From NCBI RefSeq assembly GCF_018350175.1, contig NC_058368.1, positions 1,550,001-1,614,000 of the forward strand: a stretch of DNA of 64,000 nt, read 5' to 3'. The position numbers and the translations under genes are program-made. Numbering within the stretch: position 1 is the first letter of the stretch; each line of letters opens with the position of its first letter. This DNA comes from Felis catus. Lineage: Eukaryota. The notes below the pieces were generated by a model. That model was given only the letters and a program-made list of their open reading frames with translations, had not been told where the DNA came from and searched no databases. Positions 27,539 to 39,344 of the stretch are shown here, one piece after another.

Positions 27539-28230
27539 TCACAGTAAAGTGGTAGGGTGTCGTGAGGCAAAAGGCTCCTATGTGAACCCCCATTTGACCA
27601 CTGTTTTAGGCAAGTCACTTAATGTGAAGAACAGAGATGTTACTTATTTGAGGAAGATGGGGGAAAATACTAACTGCTACCACCACCAGCATTTGAGCAT
27701 ATATTAGGTGCCAGGTGACATCGAAACTGAGGGCTGGCCACTGGGGTTAGCAAGATGAATGGGGGTGGGGACAGTGACAAGAGCAGTTCTGACATACTGG
27801 TATGGAAGAAAGCCTGCCTGCGTTTAAGAGAAATGAGCCTCTAGATCTAACTACCAGTTCTAGAAATGGAGGGACAGGGGAACAAGTACATTAAAGGATG
27901 CCACATGGATACATGCAGCAAAATCCAGAATGTAGGAAATTTCACAGGACAAATGACTGTGTTCTTCAACAAGGAAACTGCAAGAAAATTAAAAAAAAAA
28001 AAAAAAGAGGGATGGAGAAACCTATAGATTGAAAGAAGGCTATATATCAACTATAAATATAACGTGTGGGCCTTACTTGGACCCTCAAACCAAGTATAAA
28101 AAAGTTTTTAGGTAATCAGGTAAATTTTGAACGCTGACTGGATATCTAAAGACATTATGTGATGATAGCAAGGAATTCTGTTAATGTTTTATACATGATG
28201 GTGGTATCACAGTTCTATATTTTTAAAATA

Positions 28231-28734
28231 CAGTTGATCCTTGGGGGCGCCTGGGTGGCTCAGTCAGTTAAGCATCCGACTTCAGCTCAGGAGTTTGAGC
28301 CCCGTGTCGGGCTCTGTGCTGACAGCTCAGAGCCTGGAGCCTGCTTCAGATTCTGTGTCTCCCTCTCTCTCTGTCTGTCCCCTGCTCACGCTCTATCTCT
28401 CTCTGTCAAAAATAAACATTAAAAAAATAAATAAAATACAGGTGACCCCTGAACAAGGGTTTGAACTATGCGTGTCCACTTATATGCAGATTTTTTACAG
28501 TACAGTACTATAAATATATTTCTCTTCCTTATGATTTTCTTAACATCTCTTCTCTAGCTTACTTTATTGCAAGAACACAGTATTTAATATGTATCACATA
28601 AAAATATGTGTTAGTTGACTGTTCATATTATCAATAAGGCTTTTGCTTTGGGGGGAATCAAAGTTATACACGGATTTCCAACTGTGTGGGGAAGTCTGGC
28701 ACCCTTGGTCCCTGCATTGTTCAAGGGTCAACTG
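28231..28734. mobile_element. Tigger2-family MITE with a CanSINE (~28243-28430) inserted into its left TIR
   Basis: TIR caggtgacccctgaacaa (28439) / ttgttcaagggtcaactg (to 28734). The TIR start is duplicated as the SINE TSD (aaaatacag(t/g)tga(t/c)cc at ~28225 and ~28433). Confidence 0.8.
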
Positions 28735-29499
28735 CAGCCCTGATCCTTTAGGTATATATGCTGACAGATCCGTAGGTGAAAGGACACAATGTCTGGGATT
28801 TGTTTCAAATTAATCCACAGAAGGGATATAAATGAAACTAGATTAACCCTGTGTTAATAATTGTTGAAACTGGGGTAGAAGGGGTACACAAGTTTTCACT
28901 GTACTATTCTCCCAACTTTAATATGATTTGAAACTTTTCCATAATATAAAGAATATGGATGGGGACGAAGGAATTAGAGACGCAATAGACAATGTCATTG
29001 AGATTTAAGGGAAAATGTGGCAGTTACTGAAAGGAGAAATGCGGTCAAGTTGGGGATACTATTAGCCTGGAAGAAATACCACGTTTACATGCTGTAGAGT
29101 GGGATTTCCCGCAGACAACCCAGCACTGCGCTCTGAGGCCACCGTACCTATTGCCACCGCTTCGTCATCCTGACACTTGCTTAATGTTACTCAGGAAAAG
29201 GCAGCCCCAGTGATCAAGCAAGTGGAAAAGCCTTGGAACTGGGGGTGTCTGAACAGAGGCAGGTAATCACTTAGCACCAAATATCGGATAGGCAGCTGGA
29301 CTACGCCCCATTTTTCTTCCAACCTTGAGATCTTCCAATGCCACTTAGAGTATCAAACGCAAGTTGCATCCCGTCCACAAAATGTCCTTACAATTTCTAC
29401 TCTATACAATTTAAAAACAAATCAACAACACTCTCTGGGTTTCCTCTAAACGAGAAGCTCTTAAAAATGCGGTGCAAACGTCAGCAGCAACGTATTTCC

Positions 29500-29960
29500 C
29501 ATTTTAGAGGGTCCCGAAGGGGCGTGTGGACAAAGCGGAGCATGAAGCGGTGGGGGCACTTCTCTGCGAGCACTTGCAGCCTCGCCAGGCGTGCCAAGAA
29601 CGTACGGCCTGGCTGCTCCTCCCCGACCATTTCCGGAGTTCCTACGCAGTGAGCCACCACCTCAAGGGGAGGAAAATGCGTCCCTTGAAGACAAACAGCA
29701 GGCTTGCTTAAACAGTGGCTTCCCCAAGCTCCACGTTCCCACACTGGAACACGCTCACTGAATGTGCAGGCGCGCACCTGGGATGTGCACATCCACCCCC
29801 ACGGCAAGGGGACAAATGCGTAAGCAGGAAGCTCATACCGCCTGCCCTGCTATGATTAAGAAAGCTCTCTGTCTCTGACCCGTGGGTCTCGTGTCCTCTG
29901 CCAGCGTTCAGGAAAGAGCAACACGCTGAATTACTAGCTTGCAAGTAGGCAGAACATGCA
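29500..29960 (+). mobile_element. ERV LTR remnant (MER34/MER39-like 3' end)
   Basis: tgtctctgacccgtgggtctcgtgtcctctgccagc...actagcttgcaagtagg; 5' boundary uncertain. Confidence 0.5.
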
Positions 29961-30546
29961 GTGGGACGCGCCGGTCTCAGACGTGGCCTTATTTCACCGC
30001 GGCGCCCACGTGAGCTGCTTTGCCGGAGCGGGGCTGGAAGAACAGTCGAAGCCAAGGATGGGCTCCGAGACGTTATCGTCCCTACTGGGTCTCCCCCCGC
30101 TCCCCCTCCTAATTCAGCTCATCTACAGGTCCGAGTCTGACTTCAGGGAGTGCCCCACACCGCCACAAAGCCCCCCGTCTGTGGGGCTTGGGCCCAAGCC
30201 ATGGAAGGGAAGAGCGCGGCTTGCGTCCAACTGACCTGAAAATCCTGTTAATGCCACAGAAGTGCTATCAAAGCCCTCGCGCAACGCTCACTTGAGCTGA
30301 GCCCTTGAGACACACAAAGGGCGCCTGAGAGGGGCTCCTATCGTGTTACAAGGTATGTTATGCAAAGGCATTGGTTGAAAAACGCAGGCGAAACAACTAA
30401 AACGACCTCTGCTCAACTTCCGGAAAGGGCGCAGGATTATACAGTAGACTTTACTCCGTATTCTTCTGCAATATTAAAATCTTTTAGAACTAATGTAAAA
30501 TTTACACATTATGTATATATAAAGTTTTACTAAGCCCTCAATGCTC

Positions 30547-30740
30547 TAGACCTGCACTAATACGGTCGACTCTAGCCACATGCTGCTATTTAAATTAACT
30601 GAACTTAAATAAATTTTAAAAATCAGGTCACATCTCAAGTATTCAACAGCCACCTGTGACAGGGGACACCGGCCTGGACAGCAAGAGCGGAAGTGGAACA
30701 CTGCCCTCTTCGCAGAAAGTTCTATTGACAGAGCTGTCGC
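30547..30740. mobile_element. MER3/MER33-like hAT-Charlie MITE
   Basis: ctagccacatg...tatttaaattaa...cagaaagttctattgacag. Confidence 0.65.
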
Positions 30741-31049
30741 CCTAGACCATCCGCCACAAGCCAGAGTTTGAAGGAGCCCGTCCCTGCATAGACTTCTCTT
30801 CTTCGCAGACACACTCTGGCGCTCTGGCTCTCCAGAAAAGACTTCCTTCTCTTCCTTACAGACGCGTTCTCGCTCTCTCGCTCTCTCCAGAGCTGCAAGG
30901 CAGGAAGTTAAAAGGCCAAGTGACGTTCGTGCAGATGATGCCACGGGGCCAGCCACTGGCCCCCAACTCCTCGTCCCACTGCCAGTATCACAATGTTTGC
31001 GGTATGTGGTGATCCATTCAACCAGAGAGGAAGCCCTGCTTGCAGCCTC

Positions 31050-31790
31050 GGTCTAGAAGGGATCGTCCCGCGGCAGGGTTTACAGCGCGCGTCCACTCGG
31101 TGCCCGAATGACTGCTGCGCTCGCTGCGCGTACGACACGCTTCAGAGAAGTATCTTTCAGACCGGGAGCGCTCTTTCTTTGCCCTCTGCGGTTTGAGAAA
31201 CTACCACAACCCTCCGGAGTGACTCGCCCGCCTCTGGCCGGGCGGACGCCCGCGGGGGTGGGAGCTCCACGGGGCCGCGTGGGCCGCAGAGCCCTCCCTC
31301 GGCTAAGGCCCCCGCGTCCTGCGCCCGCACGCGGGGAATTCGGCCGAGAGGAGAGGACGGGCGCGGACGCCAAGGAGCTCAGGCCTCGGCGAGGCTCGAA
31401 GGCCGGGCAAAGCGCCAGCGCAAGGACGAGGGCTGCCGGCTGGCTTCTGACCAAAGGCCCAAGTGCCGCGGCTGCTCTTAGGGAAAGACCTTCCGCGGGC
31501 GAGAACACAAGCCGCGTCTCACGAAGCGCCCCCGCCCGCACCACGCGACCCGCCTTTTCCAGACGGAGTCGGGAGTGCCTCTCGGACGAGCCGGCGCGGC
31601 AGGTGAGGCGCAAGGAAGGGCCGGAAGGAACCTTCTGGAGACGGGCTGTCTCGACTCCCCCAGGTCCCACCGCGGCCGCAACCCGCCCCGGCCACGCGAG
31701 GCGGGGAAAGCGGCGGGGGCCACGGGGGCCGCGCTGCCGGCGCAGAAGACACGCTGGGTTTCGAAGTCTGTGCCTCCCAGGAAAGAACGT
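31050..31790. promoter_or_regulatory. Second CpG island within CRYL1 intron 1 (candidate alternative promoter or enhancer)
   Basis: ~740 bp of very high GC and CpG with no recognisable repeat. GC boxes at ~31529 and ~31682, ETS ccggaag at 31621. Confidence 0.65.
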
Positions 31791-32169
31791 AAACGCTTTC
31801 ACCAGTAATACTTTGTACGAATTACTTGCTGAAACATCAGCACTTAGAAAAATACCTTAAATAAGACAGACTGAAATTCCTTTCACCTTTTTCTCAATGT
31901 AGCTACTGAAAAGTGGAATTCCATACGTGGCTTGCACTTGTGGCTCACAGTGGCTTCAACGATTACCTGGTATCACAATTCAGTCGTTTACCTTCGTAGC
32001 TGCTTGGTGTCTGGACACCCAGTTCCACCCCCAACTAGAAACCACCACAATCCTCGAGAGGTCACGTGCCCCAGAGGGCTGCTTCCTCTCCAAATGCACT
32101 CGGGGCTGGGGCAGCGTTCACTCCAGAGCAGTAAGCCGCTTTCAACCTTTCTATCAGAACCGTCCCTAT

Positions 32170-32279
32170 GGGGCAGCTGGGTGGTGCCCAACGCTTGACT
32201 TCGGCCCAGGTCATGATCTCACAGTTCGAGAGTTCGAGCCCCACGTAGGGCCTGCGCTGACAGTACGGAGCCTGCTTGG

Positions 32280-32315
<36 letters not shown>

Positions 32316-32370
32316 TCTCTGTCCCTACCCTGCTTGTGCATGCTTTCCCTCAAAATAAAGGGAAAAAAAG
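32170..32370 (+). mobile_element. CanSINE
   Basis: B box gttcgagccc, CT tract. Confidence 0.85.
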
Positions 32371-32945
32371 ACATTTTTACAATAATCTAAACCACCATGG
32401 TCCTCATGGACCTCATGGAGGTCCTCATGGTTGCCAAATAAATATTAACTGATCTTAATAACTTTGTTTATGACCCCCCCCAAAAAAACCCTCAACATAA
32501 GACAAATGTCCAAAAAGAAGCAATATTTATAACAAATAAATATACAAAAGTTCCTATAAACCCAGCAGTAAGAGATAAACACACCAAACACAAGAGGAGG
32601 GGAAAGCTATATAAAGTATGTGCACAAGCTAACTTGAAAACATTTTCTAGTACTTTACTCCCACAATAGAAAATAAAATATATACCAGAATGGCAGAAAT
32701 TTAAAAAACCGACCGTGCTTAGTGCTGGTGAAGTTATGGGGAAATGGACAATCACAAACCACTGAGGGGGAAAAAAACTGGTGCAAAGCATCTGGAGGCA
32801 CTCTCACAGCCTGTATCAAAATTGGGTGTTTCTAGTATTTGAGCTGCGAATTTTACTTCCAGAATTTATCTTAGGTTATGTTAATGTGGTCAACACACAC
32901 ACACACACACTCACTTAAAGTAGAATTTATATTAGCAAAAAAGTA

Positions 32946-33160
32946 GGGCACCTGGGTGGCTCAGTCAGTTGAGCATCTGACTTTGACTCAGGTCATGATC
33001 TCATGGTTCATGGGTTCCAGCCCCCTGTCAGGCTCAATGCTGACAGCTCAGAGCCTGGAGCCTGCTTCAGATTCTGTGTCTCCCTCTCTCTCTGCCCCTA
33101 CCCCACTCACACTCTGTCTCTCTCTCTCTCTCTCAGAAATGAATAAACATTAAAAAAAGT
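32946..33160 (+). mobile_element. CanSINE
   Basis: TSD-like tttatattagcaaaaaagta on both sides. Confidence 0.9.
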
Positions 33161-35186
33161 TTATATTAGCAAAAAAGTAAACGTTAACTCTCTAATATTC
33201 AGCATTGGCTAAATAAAATATACAGATAAAGCAACTACAGGAAACTTTTAAACATCTGTTGAATAGAAAAGTGGTTATCAGTGTATCCTTTTTTCCGTAA
33301 TTTCTACTTTTCTGTGTATTTGAGAATTTTCATAAAATTGGGGGAAAAATTATATTCCATACAGTAGATAGTAAGCCCACGCCAATTTCTCCTTATTATA
33401 ATAGTTTCCTGGCCTGTATTGTCCATAGTCCTCCAGAGGAAGCACCAAGAGCAGGAAGTCTACTCCCGGGAGCCTGCTGGCACCCCTGCTCCTTCACGCA
33501 CACTCGTTCATGATTGGACGTGACATGGACATCTGACCCGAAGCAGCCAATCAACTAGCCTACCAGCACCCTATGCTGTCAGTAGTATCACCTGCACAGA
33601 GGACTTAATCCGATCAGATTTCCTCTCCTGAAAATTGGACCTAAAATATGGAAACTGTAAGTAACAGGTCCTGGAGCTGAAAGATTATAACACTGGGGTT
33701 GGCAGCAGTGTGCAAGAAAAAGAAGCAGAGGAGACGGGGGACGTGAGCAGGTGCAGGTGGAGGGACTCTACACAGCAGGCTAACGTGGATGATCAGAGAT
33801 CATGGATGGTAGAGATCAGACTGCACAGCCCAGAATGAGAGTTCTGCCAGCTTTCTAGTTCCCAGTACGACTTTACCTTGGACCCAAATACAATTAGCTT
33901 CCTGCCCTTACAGCCTGTGACATCCTATTAACTTTTTCTGAACTCCTAGACACCTGAGGACCATGCAATGGGTCCCTACCATTCTGTCTATTCTGATATG
34001 CTTAAAAGCTTCTCAACTCATAATTCTGAATTAGTCCTTCAAAAAAACTACCGCAGGTAGACATTTATTGTTACACCCATAGTCTCATCATAATACAGAT
34101 TTTGTTCCCAATGACCAAGGGATTTGTGTCCCACATTAGGCACCCCAACCCTAAAGAACTATACCAGAGAAACAAGCCCCCCAAAGTGTTTGATCTTGAC
34201 AATCAAGGGGCTTAATTCCAGAACCATAGGGCTATAGGTAACAAGAAATCCACTCTTGCAATCCCTACCAAAATAACACCAGTAGTCTTCATAGAACTAA
34301 ACAAACAGTCCTAAAATTTGTATGGAACCAGAAAAGACCCCGAATAGCCAAAGCAATCCTGAAAAAGAAAACCAAAGCTGGACGCATCACAATCCCAGAC
34401 TTCAAACTGTATTACAAAGCTGTAATCATCAAGACAGTATGGTACTGGCACAAAAACAGACACACAGATCAATGGAACAGAATAGAGAACCCAGAAATGA
34501 ACCCACAAGCATATGGCCAACTAAACTTTGACAAAGCAGGAAAGAATAGTCAATGGAATGAAGACAGTCTCCTCAGCAAATGGTGAAAACTGGACAGCAA
34601 CATGCAGAAGAATGAACTTGGACCACTTTCTTACACCATACATAAAAATAAACTCAAAATGGATAAAGACCTAAATGTAAGACAGGAAGCCATCAGAATC
34701 CTCGAGGAGAAAGCAGGCAAAAACCTCTTTGACCCTGGCCACAGCAACTTCTTACTTGACACATCTCCAGAGGCAAGGGAAACAAAAGCAAAAATGAACT
34801 ATTGGGACATCATCAAGATAAAAAGCTTCTGCACAGTGAAGGAAACAATCAGCAAAACTAAAAGGCAACCGATGGAATGGGAGAAGATATCAGACAACAT
34901 ATCAGATAAAGGGTTAGTATCCAAAATCTATAAAAAACTTATCAAACTTGGGAATGGAAGCTGGTGCAGCCACTATGGAAAACAGTATGGACGTTCCTCA
35001 AAAAACTAAAAATAGAACTACCCTACAACCCAGCAATTGCACTACTAGGCATTTATCCACGGGATAAGGTGTGCTGTTTCGAAGGGACACAGGCACCCCC
35101 ATGTTTATAACAGCACTATCAACAATAGCCAAAGTATGGAAAGAGCCCAAATGTCCATCGATGGATGAATGGATAAAGAAGATGTG

Positions 35187-35923
35187 AAATCAAAACCACA
35201 CTGAGATACCACCTCACACGAGTCAGAATGGCTAAAATGAACAAATCAGGAGACTACAGATGCTGGCGAGGATGTGGAGAAACGGGAACCCTCTTGCACT
35301 GCTAGTGGGAATGCAAAGTGGTGCAGCCGCTCTGGAAAACAGTGTGGAGGCTCCTCAAAAAATTAAAAATAGATCTGCCCTATGACCCAGCAATAGCACT
35401 GCTAGGAATTTGCCCAAGGGATACAGGAGTGCTGATGCATAGGGGCACATGTACCCCAATGTTTATAGCAGCACTTTCAACAATAGCCAAATTATGGAAA
35501 GAACCTAAATGTCCATCAACTGATGAATGTATTAAGAAATTGTGGTTTATATACACAATGGAATACTACGTGGCAATGAGAAAGAATGAAATATGGCCTT
35601 TTGTAGCAATGTGGATGGAAGTGGAGAGTGTTATGCTAAGTGAAATAAATCATACAGAGAAAGACAGACACCATATGTTTTCATTCTTATGTGGATCCTG
35701 AGAAACTTAACAGAAGACCATGGGGGAGGGGAAGGAAAAAAAAGTTAGAGTGGGAGAGAGCCAAAGCATAAGAGACTCTTAAAAACTGAGAACAAACTGA
35801 GGGTTGATGGAGGGTGGGAGGGAGGGGAGGGTGGGTGATGGGTATTGAGGAGGGCACCTTTTGGGATGAGCACTGGGTGTTGTATGGAAACCAATTTGAC
35901 AATAAATTTAATATTTAAAAAAA
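35187..35923 (+). mobile_element. Younger cat-type L1 3' fragment nested in the 34258 L1
   Basis: Intact ORF2 C-terminus (ORF 35318..35701), a distinct 3'UTR, TSD aagatgtg at 35179-35186 and 35924-35931. Confidence 0.9.
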
Positions 35924-35973
35924 AAGATGTGGTATATAGACAATGGAGTATTAAAAGAATGAAGCAATCAACA

Positions 35974-36229
35974 TGTTGGAGAAGTGAACACAGTACGCCA
36001 AAGATGGCCTATGGGGCAAAAACAGACTCTGGTCTCTAGCTTAGAGACCCCTCCTCCGGGTTCTTCTTCCTTTGTTTGCTGCCTGCGTGAAAACTCCCAC
36101 AGATATGGAAGCTGACGACTATAGATTACCCTCCCCACTTGCATTCGGTGTTAAATAAAACTCCGATCCACCAAGATCTCCGAGTGACGCTTGGTTTTTC
36201 CGCTGGCATTCCAGCCTGGTTCCATAACA
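35974..36229 (+). mobile_element. Short solo LTR (256 bp)
   Basis: TGTT...AACA inverted termini; 4-bp flanking repeat aaca (35970-35973 / 36230-36233); AATAAA at ~36154; interrupts L1 sequence. Confidence 0.75.
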
Positions 36230-36609
36230 AACAGAACAATCAAAAAGAATGAAATCTTGCCATTTGCAACTATGTGGATGGAACCAGAGAATATTATGCT
36301 AAGCGAAATCAGTCAGAGAAAGACAAGTATCATATGACTTCACTCATGTGAGGAATTTAAGCTACAAAACAGATGAACATAAGGGAAGGGAAGCAAAAAT
36401 AATATAAAAACAGGAAGGGGGACAAAACATAAGAGACTCTTAAATATAGAGAACAGAGGATTGCTGGAGGGCTTGTGGGAGGGGAGATGGGCTAAATGGG
36501 TAAGGGGCATTAAGGAATTTGCTCCTGAAATCATTGTTGCACTATATGCTAACTAACTTGGATGTAAATTTAAAAAATAAATAAATAATTTTTTTTTAAA
36601 TCCACTCTT

Positions 36610-36836
36610 GGAGTGCCTGGGTGGCTCAGTCGGTTAAGCATCTGACTTCGGCTCAGATCATGATCTCACGGCTTGTGAGTTTGAGCCCTGTGTTGGGCTC
36701 TGTGCTGACAGCTCAGAGCCTGGAGCCTGCTTCAGATTCTGTGTCTCCTTCTCTCTCTCTGCCCCTACCCCACTTATGCTGTGTCTCTCTCTGTCTCTCA
36801 AAAATAAACAAACATTAAAAAAAATTTTTTTTAAAT
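36610..36836 (+). mobile_element. CanSINE sharing the aatccactctt target site
   Basis: Third copy of the TSD at 36837-36847. Confidence 0.9.
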
Positions 36837-36931
36837 AATCCACTCTTAAAGGGCCCACAGACCCCGGGGCCTAGCGCAAAAGCAACAATTTGAAAGGCAC
36901 CTAGCATATGCAAAGGAGACTCACTTGTTAA

Positions 36932-37147
36932 TCTTTTCTTTTTTGAGCTTCTTTATTCATTTTGGGAGAGATGGGGAGTGTGAGCAGGGGAGAAGGGCAG
37001 AGAGAGAGAGAAGAGAGACAATACCAAGCAGGCTCCACACTACCAGCACAGAGCCCTAGGCAGGGCTCAATCCCATGAACCACAAGATCATGACCTGAGC
37101 CAAAATCAAGAGTTGGACACCCAACCAACTGAGCCCCGAGGTGTCCC
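36932..37147 (-). mobile_element. CanSINE
   Basis: TSD ctcacttgttaatctt on both sides. Confidence 0.9.
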
Positions 37148-38663
37148 TCACTTGTTAATCTTAAAGCATCTGAGGAGAGGCAGGAACTTGTTGGGACTCT
37201 CTCGGGAGATGGAAGCGCTTGTGGGTGCCATTTTTGTGTTCTCCTTCTGCCTTGTTGGTGCCAGCTTTAGGAAGAACCAGTTTTATACACCCCCCAGCCT
37301 ACTATCTTAGGTGGGAGTGCCCCATCCCCACCTCTACAGAATACTGGCTTGGCCTGCCCTGCCACGGCCAACAGGCACCCACAGCCCACACAGGAGGCCT
37401 GCCTGGCTCTGGTGGCCAGAGGGGATTGTGTTTCTGGGCCCCACAGGTCCGAAACAATCAGACACTCTCTAGCAGGCCATCAACCCTGGGGCATTGCACA
37501 ACAGAAGGCAGAAACACACTCCCAGTCTTCATGTGACAAGGACTGTTTTCGTGTTCTGAAGCTTCAGTCTAAAAGGCAGGCTTTAGGCTTGCCACATAAT
37601 CAGAGGCCACAGCAGTGCCCCCTGGGAACATGGGCAGGGAGACACCATATTAGTGCTCTACCTTGACCCAGCCACTGTTTGCTGATACTGCCCAGAAAGG
37701 AGTTTACACACCTGTCTAAAGCCACGATTTCTGCAACTATTGCCCAGGGGACACCTCCAGATCACCTGGTCTGGAAGTCATCAGGGTTTACAATTATATA
37801 TATAAGACTATATATTTTTATGCACCTTAGAAGCTGTTGCTTGAGGATCTGGCTTACAATCAGCCTAAAATGAGGCACTGTCGGAGATCCCTCCTTTTGA
37901 AACACTGACAGGTCTTGGCATACTCTCAACAACTGCAACCTATGGAGAACAAAGCAGGGTGCTTTCACAAAGTTCCAATAAACAACAAGCTAGAGCAAGG
38001 CTGAACTATAAGGTTCATCTCCAACACAAGGCCAACTTTTCAAGACTGGGAGAAGTAGCTGTTTCACAAAATACAAAGAAACAAATACACAAAATCAAGC
38101 AATATAAGAAGACAGAGAAATATGTTCCAAATGAAAGCATGTGACACCACCTCAGAAAATACCTTAATGAAATAAAGATAACTAATCTACCTGATAATGA
38201 GTTCAAAGTAGTGGTCATAAAGATGTACACTGAACTCAGGAGAATGGATGAACATAGTGAAAACTTCAACAAAGAGGCAGAAAACATAAAAAAGTTTCCA
38301 AAGAGAAGTCACAGAATTGAAGAACATAATAGATAAACTGAAAAATACCCTAGAGGGGTTCAACAGCAGACTAGATGAAGCAGAAGAAATGATCAGCAAC
38401 CTGGAAGACAAGGCAGTGGAACTCTCCCGTTCAGGGCAACAAAAAGAAAAAATTTTAAAAAGCAAAGATAGCTGTTGATCTATGGAACAATATCAAGTGG
38501 AATAATATCCACATTATAGCAGTCCCAAAAGGAGAAAAGAGAGATCAATGGGTAGAAAACTTATCTGAAGAAATAATGGCTGAAAACTTCCTAGACTGGG
38601 TAAGGAAACAGACAGCCAGCTCCAAGAAGCAAAACATATTCCAAGTAACATAAACCCAAAGAC

Positions 38664-38811
38664 AGGGGCACCCAGGGCTCAGTCGGCTCAGGTTACAATC
38701 TCACCACTCGTGAGTTCAGAGCCCCACATTGGGCTCTGTGCTGACAGCTCAGAGCTGGAGCCTACTTCAGATTCTGTGCTTCCCTCTCTCTCTGCCCCTC
38801 CCTTGGTCATA

Positions 38812-38861
<50 letters not shown>

Positions 38862-39293
38862 AATAAATAAACATTAAAAAAAATGTATAAAAAAGATGAA
38901 CCCAAAGACACCACACCAAGATACATTATAATTAAGATGTCAAAAATTAAAGACAGAGACTATTAAAAGCACAAGAAGAAAACAACTTGTTAGATACACA
39001 GGAAACCCCATAAGATTATGACCTTATTTTTCAGCACAACATTTGCAGGCCAGAAGGGAGTGGCAAGGTATATTCAAAATACTGAAAGGAAAAAAACAAA
39101 ATTCCAACCAAGAATACTCTACCTGGCAAGGTTATGATTCAGAATTGAAGGAGAGGGGTGCCTGGATGGCTCAGTTGGTCAAGCATCCAACTCTTGATTT
39201 CAGCTCAAGTTATGATTTCACAGTTTGTGAGATCAAGCCCTGAGTTGATTCTCTCTCTCCCTCTCTCTCTTCCCCTTCCCGCTCAAATAAACG

Positions 39294-39344
<51 letters not shown>

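Larger units (their letters stand above)
34258..36597 (+). mobile_element. 5'-truncated L1 inserted into the old L1 5'UTR
   Basis: ORF2 C-terminal fragments and 3'UTR; TSD aaatccactctt at 34246-34257 and 36598-36609. Confidence 0.9.

Noticed and set aside
31080..31860. Overlapping 240-aa (-) and 250-aa (+) ORFs
   Set aside because: Arg/Pro/Ala/Gly-rich with no recognisable domain; long open frames on both strands are expected in a stop-poor CpG island.
32395..32430. Short cctcatgg triplication (likewise small duplications at 14701-14780 and 63310-63395)
   Set aside because: Ordinary slippage or microduplication with no sign of function.
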